This document shows, in pieces, positions 13,671 through 26,869 of a DNA stretch of 64,000 bases. The notes beneath the pieces are model-generated. The model worked only from the letters and a program-made list of their open reading frames with translations. It did not search any database and had not been told where the DNA came from. Every line of letters starts with the position of its first letter. The stretch's first letter is position 1. The stretch lies in contig JBHGNT010000018.1 in NCBI GenBank assembly GCA_043228905.1, forward strand, positions 17,670,001 to 17,734,000. The letters are read 5' to 3'. A program made the position numbers and the translations under genes. This stretch comes from Azolla caroliniana (lineage: Eukaryota; Plantae; Polypodiophyta).

Positions 13671-14575
13671 CTTGGTACCAAGTGTAGTGACCCTTACACT
13701 TGTGATGGCCCTTGCACTTCTCACCATTACAATGACCGTTACACTAAGTGAGGAGTCACTAGTTATGGTGGTGGGGGACCCTCAGGGCCTAAATTTGACC
13801 GGTTAGTATCTTTGATGAGCATTTTTTAAAGATGCATACCATATGACATAAGATTGCGAAAGCAAATCACCACTTCCCAATGGCTATTAATACATAAGTC
13901 ACTACCGGTTGGTGCATGGCAACGTGGGAACCTCAGCTCTCCTAATTGTGTAGCCTGTCCAACTGTATTAGAATCCATACGACACGCTCTATGGGACTGC
14001 CTAGAGTCCCATCGAATATGGCGGGGGGTTGGTCGCTTATTGCAATTATGCCAAGTGCAAGACTCAATCAAGTGGGGGAATGTATGTTGGCTATCATGGC
14101 AAGCCCCAATTGACAAATATGAGCATTAGGAAGAGGGGATGACTTTGGTTATAAAAGCACAAGAGGTTTTTTTCTTCACCATCGGCAATATCCACTCAAC
14201 TCCTATTAGTGCCAAATCTCAAGTTGTGTTGGACTTGGTCAGCTCAATAACTCTTTGGATTCTATGGAAACAACGGTGTAGACGGGTCTTCTCCAACCAA
14301 AGCGCGCAACCAATAATGTTAATGCAAGAGATATGGAGCGAAGTTGTAGCCACTCTGAAGAGCCAATATGATGGCCTCAAGGACGACTCTGATAGAGTTA
14401 AAAGACAACGACTAGCCTTTATCTAACAATGGTCGTCCTCTCCCTTTCTTGAGGCAGTGGGTATCCACATAAGATGGACCTATCGTGTCCCTATAGGGAT
14501 TTATATATAATAATCTCATATGTAAAATCTTTATAACTAATGGAAGGAGTTTTTTTCTGGGAAAATTTTTTTTTG
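13671..14575 (+). mobile_element. LINE (L1-like) 3' fragment
   Basis: zf-RVT-like CVAC...ESIRHALWDC...IW and LWILWKQRCRRVF. The 3' UTR 14425-14565 recurs at 55165-55330 with an A-tail. Confidence 0.75.
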
Positions 14576-15092
14576 CAAAAACTAACATGTCATTTCACAT
14601 ACGAATTTTAAAAATGAAAAACATTATATAATGTTACATTGTTATACATATCATTACTATAAAAGGTACACAAAAATACACTAGTTAGCATAATTACTTC
14701 ACAAAGATAATGAAATACATCAAATAAATATCGAGTTAATGTTTTTACAAATAAGTATAAATAAAAAGGTTACTTTTTGGAAAAAATGTTATATTTTTAA
14801 AACAAAGGATTTTTTGAAAGAAAAGGTTATTGTTTTGAAAAAAGGATTATTTTTTAGAAAAAAAAGGTTAGTAAAAAATTTAGCTTTAACTTAAAACTTA
14901 CAACGTTAAAATCAAACCTAGAGTTTTCACTCATAGAGTATTTAATAAAGGTTATTGTTGAAAATTTCAATCAAATTTCAACTAATATTATAATTTATTA
15001 GTAAAGAAAAAATATTTGAGAATATATATCAATATTGCATGATGATGCTATTACTTTAAGCGTGTTATAAAAAACATATAATATGTATATAT

Positions 15093-15286
15093 CATAGATT
15101 GACCCTTGCGTGATATGCGTGGTATTCGACATCTGTAATATTCGAGAATATAAAATGGCTCCAAGAATATTATGTAAATTTAAAATGAATGGTTCTGTAA
15201 TATTCTTGGGGTCATTTTGTATTCTCGAATATGGAGAATATTACGAATAGTGAATACCAAGAATATCACGCATGGGTCAATCTATG
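15093..15286. mobile_element. 194-bp hairpin built from two inverted copies of the right end of the 3454-4204 hAT-like element
   Basis: CATAGATTGACCCTTGCGTGATAT ... ATATCACGCATGGGTCAATCTATG. The right flank GTCGACAC is the same as at 4205; the left flank is unrelated. Confidence 0.75.
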
Positions 15287-18200
15287 GTCGACACCTTAGG
15301 AAGGATAGAGGCATGGCTGATGAGGTCAAACCCACAAAAATTTCTAATGATAAAAACACCTCAGCCATTGCAACTAGTGAAGAAGGGATGTTATTTATTT
15401 GTGAACAAGTTAGTGTGAACCTTGCAAATGTTGAGTGCTCTTGGGTAGTGGACTCTGGTGCATCGTTCCACCTAACTCCCAAAAGAGAATGTTTCGCATC
15501 TTACACAACCGATGACTAACTATGTAAGGATGGGAAATGATCGTCATTGCAAGATTATGGGCATAGGAAATGTGTGCTTGTTAACATCTACTGATTGCAG
15601 GTTACTGTTGAAGGATGTACGCCATGTTCCGGATGTCATATTGAATCTGATATCAACTGGATGGCTAGACGATGAAGGCTACAACGGTGGTTTTCGCAAT
15701 GGTACATGGAAGTTCTATAAAGGGAGCCTGATTGTGGCTCGAGCCCAAAAATAGAACACATTGTATGTAATGCGTGCAAAATTGTGTCGAGATGAAGCAA
15801 ATGTGGTGGGTGACTCAGATGGTGAGTTGTGGCATAAAAGGCTCGGCCACATGAGCGAAAGGGGGATGCATATCCTTGATGAAAAGGATTTTCTACAAGA
15901 AGTGAAAGGAATACACCTTGAAAAGTGTGTGGACTGCTTGGCTGGAAAGCAGAATTGAACAGCTTTTCACTCTAGGCCTCCGATGAGAAGAGAGCATGCC
16001 CTAGAATTGGTTCACACATATGTGTGTTATGTGGATGCCCCATCACACCATGGTGGACAATACTTTGTCACATTTATTGATGACTTCAGCAGAAAGGTGT
16101 GGGCTTTGGTGTTGGTGTTTAAAGACCAAGTGTTTTCGGTCTTTAAAGAGTTTCATGCAAGGGTAGAAAGAGAATCTGGACAGAAGTTGAAAGATGTCCG
16201 AAAAGATAATGGTGGTGAGTATAGAGGCCAATTTAAGATGTATTGCAAGACTCAAGGCATCAAACTTGAGTATACGGTGCCGAAGACACCTGAGTTGAAT
16301 GGTCTAGCAGAGAATGAATCAGATCATAATGGAAAGGTTAATAAGCATGTTGTCTCATGCAAAATTGCCAAAGTCGTATTGGGTTGGGCAATGTTGACGG
16401 TTGTCTACCTTATAAACAGGTTCCCATCAGTGCTTCTGAAGGGGGATGTCCCACAGAGGGTGTGGAGAAGAAGGATTGTGTCCTATCAGCAGTTAAGGGT
16501 GTTCGGATGCTTGGCTTATGTGCATGTTGCTAAAGACCAGAGGTCAAAGCTGGACAACAAGTCCAAGCCTTGCATATTCTTGGGGTACTCGGAAGATGAG
16601 TTCGGATACAGGATGTGGGATATCCTTGATAAGAAAGCGATAAGAAGTCATGATGTTATATTCATGGAAGACTAGACAATTGAAGACTGGAGACAACAAA
16701 GACCAGAGTCGTCTTCCCAGTCGACTACTATTATGGAGTCGGCACTAGTCGATCCCACTTCCACACAACCAATCGACAAACAACAGTTGGTTGATGAAGC
16801 CGAATCTGAGTTAGCTGACACACAACAGCAAGTTGATGCACTTGAATCTAAATTGGAAGGTGAGCTGGCAGAAGAAACTGAATCGGAGCCAGTTGCCGAA
16901 CGAAGAAGATATCCTCTAAGACAAAGGAAAACCTCCTCTCGGTATCCAGCCAATTAATATATTCTCTTGACTGATGAAGGGGAACCAGAATGCTATGAAG
17001 AGGTCATGATCGATGTACATAAGGAGAAGTGGTATAATGTCATGCAAGAGGAAACGGATTCCTTGCATGAGAACCACACATATGAGTTTGGAGTTGCTTG
17101 ATGGAAAGAAGGCACTCAAAAACAAATGGGTCTACAAACTAAAGACTAGAGAAGATGGAAGTACACCTAGGTATAAGGCCCGTATTGTAGTGAAAGGTTT
17201 TCTATAGAAAAAGGGTGTTGATTTTGATGAGATTTTTGCTCTAGTACTAAAGATGACCTCCATCCGGACTATTTTGAGTATGGCTGCCATTATGAATCTG
17301 GAAATTGAACAGTTGGATGTTAAAACAACATTCTTGTATGGGGAGTTGGACGAGGAAATCTATGTGCAACAGCCGGAGGGCTTTGAGGTGAAAGGAAAAG
17401 AAAATATTTGTTAGCTTGTATGGACTAAAACAAGCTCCTTGACAATGGTATAATAAGTTTGAGTCCTTCATGTTGGAACATGGATTCCACAAAACACAAA
17501 CCGATCATTGTGTATTTGTGAAAAGGTATTATGAAGGTGATTTCCTAATTCTTTTGTTGTATGTGGATGACATGTTAGTTGTTGAACAAAATGTTAAGAA
17601 GATTGCAAGCTTGAAGAAAGCTTTGAGCAAATCTTTTGCCATGAAAGACTTAGGATCGGCAAAACAGATTGTGGGAATGCATATAGTCCCGGACATGACT
17701 AAAAACATGTTATGGTTGTCGCAGGAGAAATATGTGATGAAAGTTTTGCAAAGGTTTAACATATTTAATGCAAAATCTGTTGGATCTCCATTGTCGGTGA
17801 ATTGTAAGCTAAATTCAAGACAATGTCTGAAAACTGAGAAAGATGAGACAAAGATGAGGAGGGTGTCGTATGCCTCGGCTATCGGGAGCCTAATGTATGC
17901 TATGTTCTGCACGAGGCCGGACATTGCATTTGTTGTTGTGACAATTAATCACTACATGAGTAATCCTAGAAAGAAGCATAGTATGAACCATGCGTACCAT
18001 TCGTGCATTCGTGTTCGAGAATGATTCAATCATTCGAGAAGGGTAAACACCCTCGAAGAATGATAAATACCATACTTTTGGTTAAATTATTTACTATAAG
18101 ATAAATATTTTTTCAAGGTAAAGAAAAATTTTAAAATTGCAAAAAAAAACACATTACCTTCTTAATAACAATATGCATTTTTTCGTAAATTCTAATAACA

Positions 18201-19480
18201 ACTATCCAAAATGCCTACTCTTCAAAAAAATTCTCAATGAGGTGTTAATCAAAACGAACATTCCTAATCTTCATTCAAGGTGATAGCATCATCATCAAAA
18301 CCAACAAAGACATGATTACAATATTTGCATTTCATCAAATGCGTTCCTTTTGCATTCTTTACTTGAATTACAACATGTTCCCACTCCAGGCATTTTTGTC
18401 TACCCATTAGTTCCTAAATTACTGTAAAACGTAAATATCAAAATTTCATCACTTCATCTCTGAAATTTCAGAAATTTCATCTCTGAAATTTCATCACAAA
18501 AATTTCTGAAATTTCATTTTAGAAATTTAAACCCTAATACCTATTATTAAACCTAATTCTACCTGAATGTCTTGAGACGTTGGTATGCACTGTGCAAATC
18601 GTTCGAGGCTAGGTGGGAGAGGAGAGGAGAGCATAACGTTACATGCAGAGGAGAAGGGGGAAAAGGGGGAAAAAGAGGGAAAAAACAAAAAAAAAAAATG
18701 AAAAAAGGAAAAAAAAAAACACGAATTTTTTAATATCATTCGTGTTCGTTTCCAACGTAGGAAAACAAATGATATGGCTGACGAACACGAATTTTACGTA
18801 CTATGGAAAGAAGCATTGGGCTACCGTAAAATGGATACTCAATACCTCAAAGGTACTTCAAGTGTATGCCTTAGATATGGCTCCGGGAAACCTATGCTCA
18901 AAGGTTTCACAAATTCTAATATGTCGGGTGATGTAGATTCCAGCCGATCCACATCAGGGTATGTGATGACTTATTCAGGGGGAGCTATGTCATGGCAATC
19001 AAGATTGCAAAAGGTTGTGGCTTTGTCAACCACGGAGGTTGAGTATATGGTTGCAGGGGAAGCCGGAAAAGAATTGATTTGGATGAGAGATTTTCTAAGT
19101 GAACTAGGAATGAAACAAGAAAAGTTCCTACTTCATTGTGATAATCAGAGTGCTATCCATCTTGCTAAGAATGCTACCTATGACTCTCATACAAATCACA
19201 TTCAAAGAAGGTATCATTGGTTGTGAGAGACGGTGGAGGAAAATCAGTTTGTCTTAGCGAAGATCCATACTGAAGAAAATGGATCAGACATGCTTACTAA
19301 AATCTTGTATATGTAAAAACTTGTTGCATGTTGGAGAAGGACTGGTCTGGTTGACTCTCCCCCTACAGAAGTGAAGGGGTAGTTTGTTATGTAAGATTGT
19401 CCCTCCTTGTGGGGGAGTCGGCCAAAAAGCCGAAATGGGATTCGGTCGATCGGAAGTCGACCAAATAGAAGTTCGAACGA

Positions 19481-19536
<56 letters not shown>

Positions 19537-20089
19537 TAAGTTAGTATATATAGAGAGAGTGTATTAGCTACATATATATGTGGGATAACTCACTAAGAGT
19601 ACAACTGTGAGAGAAGTGCGAAAGTGAACTCTAGAGAGTGAGTGCACGAGAGAGAGAATTAGTGCGACGTAGCGAAGAAGAAATATAGAGTGCTAACACA
19701 GTTGTGGCTGTGAAAGATAGCTCTGCACTTGAGTGTTCGAGGAAGCAAAGAAAAGAAGGGTAAAATAGAGAAGAGAAGAGAGATAGAACAGAGAAGCTCT
19801 GAAAGCTTCGAAAGAGGGAAACGGTCCTCGGCTGAAACTGTGATTTCAGACAACAACCTAGGAGTACATTCATACTCAATCAAGTTCTATCATTCTATGC
19901 TTGTATTTTTCTCTATCTCATAGTGAAATCATTGTTCACCGTGGTTTTTCCCTAGAATTAGGGTTTTCCACGTAAAATTGTGTGTTGCTTGTCTCGTTTG
20001 CTTGTGTCTTGGTATATCTGTTATGTTACGTTTGAGTACAAAATCTATCACTTCTCACCAAAATCAAGCATATGATTTCTATTACAACA
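15287..20089 (+). mobile_element. Ty1/copia decayed element, copy A2 (duplicate of A1) with 3' LTR
   Basis: Colinear and highly similar to 4205-7370, sharing the stop after RAQK and an RT deletion. PPT GAAGGGGTAG precedes the LTR 19385-20089 (TGTT...AACA). Confidence 0.92.
17977..18805. mobile_element. non-autonomous hAT-like transposon inserted in copia A2
   Basis: Ends are CATAGTATG...CGTACTATG, with a perfect 8-bp TSD GAAAGAAG (17969-17976, 18806-18813). The empty site is visible in copy A1 at ~6845. Confidence 0.88.
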
Positions 20090-20210
20090 TGGCTAGGAGA
20101 ACAATTCACGGCAAAAACAAATGTTTTCCCAAATGGAAGAAAGAATAATGGCACTGAGTATGCACACAAACACGGACACGGCCAATCTGCATCCTATCGG
20201 GGATGATTCA

Positions 20211-23200
20211 TGTAAAGAATTGATGGTGATTCTTGTGCAGCGGAATATATTAGAGATATGTGTTGTGAGTGTGTGTGTATGAGAGAGAGAGAGAGAGAGA
20301 GAGAAACACAAGATAGATAGATTTGAAACACAATAGAATACTCAAGATGTATATTACAAAGGAGATTAACCGAATTAATTACAAAGTAGAAGGAGAGTGC
20401 TTTATATAGTCACTCTCTCTCTCTTCATTAACTACTGAAGCTCATGGGTCATGGGGAATGTGAAAACTCATTAGTTATGTGTCATAGAATATTATTCTAT
20501 GACACATAATTAATGTGTAGATAAGAGTGGTGACTTTTGACCTTTGAGTGCACACTCTCAAAGGTGTGTTTACACACTAGACTAGGTTGAGCTTGATTAT
20601 TAACACGCCCCCTCAAGCTCCACTTTGGTCGGCTACTTCAGTTGACGTCCGCTTCGGCTCGTATCTGGTTCGAACGGTATCCGGTTTTCGCTTGTACTCC
20701 TCCTCAAGCTTGGCAAGTCAGGGACCGTCAATCCAAGGTCTGACAGGAATTGCCAAAACTTGTCGGCTCCTATGGCTTTGGTGAAGATGTCGGCTGTCTG
20801 AAGATTTGTAGTGATATATTGAAGGTCGACATCGCCAACCTAAACGCGCTCTAGAATGAAGTGATAGTGCACTTCGATATGCTTCGTGTGTGCGTGGAAC
20901 ACCGGGTTTTGAGCCAGATAAATATTTCTCATGTTGTCGCAGTAAAGGGGAAGTGGATCAATGATTGGAACGCACATATCCTTCAATATCCTCTTAAGCC
21001 ATACGGCTTCACATGCAGCCACCGCTGCACCCCTGTAATCGGCCTCTGTGCTCGAAAGAGCAACGGTTGGTCACTTCTTGCTACTCCAGGAGATGGCTCC
21101 ACTTCCGAGGGAGAAGACGAAACCAGAGGTTGATCGTCGGCCGGCTTTGTAGCTTGCCCAGTCGGCATTTGTGTACCCCTCGAGTTGAATCGGCGTGGCC
21201 GACTTATAGAGAATGCCATAGTCCATCGTTCCGCTCATGTATCATAGCACTCTCTTAGCACAATCCAAATGGATATCTCGTGGTGTTTGCATGAACTGGC
21301 TAAGAAGGCTGACTGGATAGCTCAGATTTGGTCGAGTGATCGTGAGGTACACAAGACTACCGATCAGTTGTCGATATTGAGTCAGCTCATACTCTGTGGT
21401 GCTAGAATTGGCATCTAGTTTGAGGTTTCAGTCGAGAGGTGTTGCCACAAACTTGCACTCAGTCATCCCGAACTTGTATAACAAGTTGAGAATGTAGTGT
21501 CGTTGGGAGATCATAATCCCAGCTGGAGTCCGAATTACCTGGATGCCAAGGAAGTAGTGGAGCTCTTTCATGTCCGTCATCTCGAATTTGTTGGAAAGGA
21601 GGTATTTGACCTTGTTGATGTCGACTAGATGCTCACCTCCAATGACCAGATCATCCACATACAAGATGATGACGATCGGACTTTCGGAATCGCTTCTTAC
21701 ATAGAGAGAATTGTCGGATTTTGACATTCGGAAGCCGATTCGATGAAGATATTGTGTTATCTTCGAGTGGCAAGCACATGGTGCTTGCTTAAGGATGGCT
21801 TCTTGAGTCGGCAGATGGCTTTCAGATGAATGTTGGATTCGAAGCCGTGTGGTTGTATCATGTACACCTCCTCTTCTAATTCACCTTGAAGAAAGGCATT
21901 CTTGACGTCCATCTGGTGGAGGTGCCACCCTTTCGTCGTTGCAAGTGCGATCACGGTCCGCATAGTTGTCATCTTTGCCACTGGAGCAAAGGTCTCTTCA
22001 TAATCGACTCCATGTGTTTGTGTGTAGCCCTTTGCTACAAGTCGAGCTTTGTAGCGGTTGACGGAACCGTCGGCATTATATTTCACTTTGTATATCCATC
22101 TACAGCCGATTGCATTCTTCTGGTGTGAGTGTGGGACAAGATCCCATGTCTCGTTCTTGTTGAGAGCTTGCATCTCCTTGTTCATCGCTTCGACCCATCG
22201 CGGATCTTTAGCGGCTTCAATAAAGCTCTTCGGTTCTCGAACTGCTACCACCTTCATCATAAAAGCATAATGGTATGCCATATAGTCGTTGTAGCCAAAT
22301 CAGCTAACAAGATTCTTCTCAAAGATGGAGCGACGAACGTTTTCATTTGTCGATGTAAGTGCCTTCTTAACTCTGGGTGACCTTAAAAGAGGCATATCAA
22401 AGCCATCGAACTCACTATCGAGTGAGTGAGTCGATTCGTTGCCGTCGTCTTCATATTCCAGCATTTTGGCTTTCCCTTTGTCCATCTTTGGACTTGGCAG
22501 AGATGTGCTTTGATTGCTTGGGGGTTCTTGCGGTCCGCTCAATCTGGTTGAGCTAGGACTCTCCTCGGGTATTGACCTTAGTTGATCATCGTCTGTGTTG
22601 TTGAGGTCGTTCGAAGATGATTCAGAAGGAATCGGCTCGAGTTTGTACCATAATGTTGATTCGTCAAAGACGACATCCCAACTTACACGAACCTTCCGAG
22701 TAGAGGGATTATAGCACTTGTACCCCTTTTGCTCCAGTGAGTATCCTACAAGGATACATTTCTCCGACTTCGGGTTGAGCTTTTGTCGCTTCTCGTCAAG
22801 GATGTGCACGTATGCAATGGAGCCGAATATCCGAACATGTGACAGTTCCGACTTCTTTTCGAAAAACTTCTCATGCGGAGTAAGTTCATGCACACCTGAT
22901 GTCGTACATCGATTCATGAGGTATACGGCCATGTTAGCCGCTTCTGCCCAGTACAACTTCGGCACATGCTTTTCATTCATCATGGCCCATGCTACTTCAA
23001 GGATGTGCCAATTCTTTCGTTCGGCCACTCCGCTTTGTTGCGGTGTGTGTCGGCAAATGAATTCTCGCCGAATTCCTTCTTTTCGAAGATATGTTGTGAA
23101 TGCATCAGAGAAGTATTCCTTTCCTCCGTCTGACCAAAGACATCGTACATGATGCCAAGTTGTCTTTTCGACTTCTTTTTGAATTTTTGGAAGTGTGTAA

Positions 23201-25117
23201 ACACGTCTCCCTTCATCCTCATGGGAAATATCTATGAGTATCTAGAGAAGTCGTCGATGAAGGTAACATAGTACCGAAATCCTCCGAACGTAGCCGTTTG
23301 TGGCGGTCCCCACACATCCAAGTGGACTATGTCCAATAGTCCTTTGCTCACGTTCCTCTCCTTCGGGAACGGGTGCCGATGTTTCTTGCCAAATTGGCAT
23401 GCTTCACATACTCCTTCAATCTCTTTCTCTTTGAAGGTCGAGAGCCCGATGACGACTCCTTTCGATTGCATCGCCTTGAGTTTGTTGAGATTGATATGGC
23501 CGATTCTTTTATGCCATAGCTCTATGTCCGTGCCAGATTTGAGGCCCTTTGCATACATGGCCGATTTCACCTCGTTTGACACAAGGATAAACATTCTACC
23601 TTCCCTTCGACCTGGAGCGATGAGTCGGCCTTCCTTCTCGATGAAGCAACCACCTTGGTTGAATCGAACTTGCATCCCTTGCTCCACTATTTGGCTGACC
23701 GAGACCAAATTCTTCATTTTTTATGCAAGTTTGTTCGCCGTCTTCCCCGAATGGGACATTGCCAATATGTCGAATAGGATGAGTGGTGTCATCTCCGGTC
23801 TCAACATAACTGGGTCGATCCGGCTCTCGTAAGTCTCGAAACCATTCTTAACGGGACGTCATATGGTTCGAAGCACCAGAGTCGACGAACCATACATCTT
23901 CCCGATTGGAGCCATTAATCGAAGTAGAGGCTGACATAGAATTAGCTCTATGTCTCATCACAAACATTCTGCCAAGGTCTTCATAATCAGAGTTAGTGGC
24001 ATAATGTGTGAGTTGTCGGCTTGTGGAAGCTGACTCGCGCTTCGTCTTCTGGCACTCTTCTTCATGATGGCCGATTTTTCCGCAATATTCACATTTGATC
24101 GAGTTTTGTCGACTCGAACCAGAATGGAAGCTCTCCCTTCTTCCGAAGGTTCCTCGATGGCTTCCGTCTTGTTTCCGAAATTGGGAGTTGTTGTCGTAAG
24201 TCGGACTCGTCCGCCGCCTCGTCCTTGGCCGAATCGGCCTCTTGCTCGGCCGCATCCTCTTCCTCCATTTGAATGCGTGTAAAGCATGTGGCCTTCCGAG
24301 GCGTTGCTCCTTGTTCGAACATGATTCTCTTCGACCAATAACATAGATTGAAGATCGAAGAAGGAGGGTGGATTCTCCCGTGCTAGTACAGCGGTCCGCA
24401 TCACATTGAATCATGGTGCAATGCCACCGAGGCATATTTGCACCATTTCATCATCCTCCACATTGACACTTATTGAGCCGAGTGCATCACAAAGCTCCTT
24501 GATCTTCAAGGTGTAGCTTGTGATGGACATATCCCTTTGTTGGATGTTGTTCAACTCTTGGCAAAGTTGAAGCTTCCTCACGGTCGTGTTGGTGGCGAAA
24601 AGCTTTCGTAGATATTCCCACGCTTCCTTCGGCGTCTCGGCTTCTCGAATGTAACCGAGCATGTGGTCGTGAACACATGTCGCCAAGCAATACATTACTC
24701 GACTCGCCGCTTGTTCCCATGTTGCATAGTCGGGTCGGCGTCTTTCGGGTCGGGCCAGTTTTCTTGTGCTCCTTTGATGTAGCTCCAATAGCCTTGACCG
24801 ACAAGGTATTGATGCATCTTGTACTCCCAAGATGCGAAGTTTTTTCGGTCCAACTTCTCGCTAGGGAGAGCGCTCCCCATTTGAGTATTCATGGTGTTCG
24901 ATGTAGATTTCTTCCTTCTTCTTCTCTCTTGAATACGAGTTATGTAGTCGCACTACATATAGTTGCATTACGATAGCGATGAGCCGGTTCTTCTTGAATG
25001 TCGGCGTAGAGCTCAACACATGCGGATGGGCGAGATCAAGCTACCAAACCGCTCTAATACCATGTAAAGAATCGATGGTGATTCTTGTGCAGCAGAATAG
25101 ACTAGAGATATGTGTTA

Positions 25118-25162
<45 letters not shown>

Positions 25163-25464
25163 AACACAAGATAGATAGATTTGAAACACAATAAAATACT
25201 CAAGAAAATGAATATTACAAAGGAGATTAACCGAACTAATTACAAAGTAGGAGGAGAGTGCTTTATATAGTCACTCTCTCTCTTCATTAACTACCGAAGC
25301 TCATGGGTCATGGGGAATGTGAAAACTCATTAGTTATGTGTCATAGAATATTATTCTATGACAAATAGTTAATGTGTAGATAAGAGTGGCGACTTTTGAC
25401 CTTTGAATGCACACTCTCAAAGGTGTGTTCACACACTAGACTAGGTTGAGCTTGATTCTCAACA
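20211..25464 (-). mobile_element. full-length decayed Ty1/copia element (element C) with two LTRs
   Basis: LTRs 20211-20605 and 25063-25464 (TG...CA) are near-identical. PBS TGGTATTAGAGC is at 25051-25062 and PPT TTGAGGGGGCG at 20606-20616, with TTCA on both flanks. Gag, protease, integrase, RT and RNase H fragments are in copia order. Confidence 0.95.
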
Positions 25465-25533
25465 TTCACCACAAATTGTGCTAGGGCTATGGGAGGCATT
25501 CATGTGGATGTTCACAGTTGGACTGTTCCCCAT
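25465..25533 (-). pseudogene. disrupted paralog of the small beta-rich gene family (5' part; remainder probably 20090-20210)
   Basis: Translates MGNSPTVNIH-MNASHSPSTI versus MGNSQTVNIH...MGIARRSSTTI. Upstream GATTTATCAGAGGTGCAGGTCTTC matches GATTGATCAGAGGTCTAGGTCTTC of the intact copies. It abuts the copia C LTR. Confidence 0.68.
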
Positions 25534-26869
25534 AAGAATTGACAACAATGGGATAGATTTATCAGAGGTGCAGGTCTTCTGTTTTGGGGGGGAGAGTGAG
25601 AGTGAGAGTTGAAGAGGAGATCCTTGATAAACAGAGAAGAAGTCACCCACCATTTACCATATAAGACCATATATTTAAATGAATGCATTTCAAATTGTGT
25701 CTAATCTTCACTTCTACAACAAGAACTACTGCTAATCTTATGTAAAGTTACATTGACTTTTAAGGCAAAACATCTTGCCCTAAAAAAACTTTAAATGTCA
25801 TTTGGTACACTCTGCCAAGAGATGTTTCTATGACCCTTTCTTTGGTTTTTGCAAATGTAAGGGGGTTGTGCTTCACTAATAGAATTTAAAAATTTTCCTT
25901 GAAACAAAGAATCGGTCTCTCTATGATTTTGCATTTGTGAGTGAGATGAGGCAGCATGACATGCAATTGAAACCAAAAGCTTCTTGTATAATATGGATTG
26001 CTTTTGCACGCAATGCAAAAAAGCATCTAATATTAATTTGTTGACTTATGTATATTTGTGAAGCTAGGTTGTTAGTTGTTACTTGGTAGATTCTTTATGT
26101 GATATTAAGAAGTTGCAAGTCACAAAGAGTATGGAATCTTCATTATTGTGTCAAAATTTGGAGAAGTTAAAAAGCTAAACTTGTGTAAAATAGGTTGATT
26201 TGACACAATACAAAATAGCAACTAATATTGATGTGTTGACTTTTGTAGATAACTTTAAAAGATTATGTGTATGGTGGTTTCATGATGTTTATAAAATTTT
26301 AAATTTTGATGTTTGCCCTACACTAATGGATATGTCCATGTTTGTTCCTTGTTTCTTCGTTATAAGAGCTATGCATGTCAATATCAAAGTAAGAACAATA
26401 GTTGTCTTGTAATGTTTTCACCTTGGTGGCACAAGGTGTTTAAATATACGTTCAATGAACATAGTTCACACTGACCAAGTGCATATATGGCAATGCTTTG
26501 GATAGATGCCAATTGGAATAACTCGTTCATGTTCTCTCCCTTCCTGCATGCTATGCGTTCTTTGATAGACCTCATTCTTACTAAACACCTGCTCTAACCA
26601 AGTGAGGCGTATGGAGATAAATGCAAAGACACAACATAATGAAATGAAATGCCTAACTCAATTGATTTATTAAATGTTAGTATGCTTATCCAACTTTTAT
26701 GCGAAATTCATGTAGGCTACTAGTTGAATTTATAGCCATTTTTCATATGGAATACACGAGGTGTACTTAGTTGAACTGGTTTCTAAATGAGATACATACA
26801 TATGAAAGTCATATCGATATTTTTGTAGTTCAATTAGCACCCATTCTCTAATCCTCTCTCATAAACCAG

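Noticed and set aside
25700-26800. Possible decayed DNA-transposon or host-gene exons (also 45897-46112, 56760-57400)
   Set aside because: No recognisable motif or sustained reading frame.
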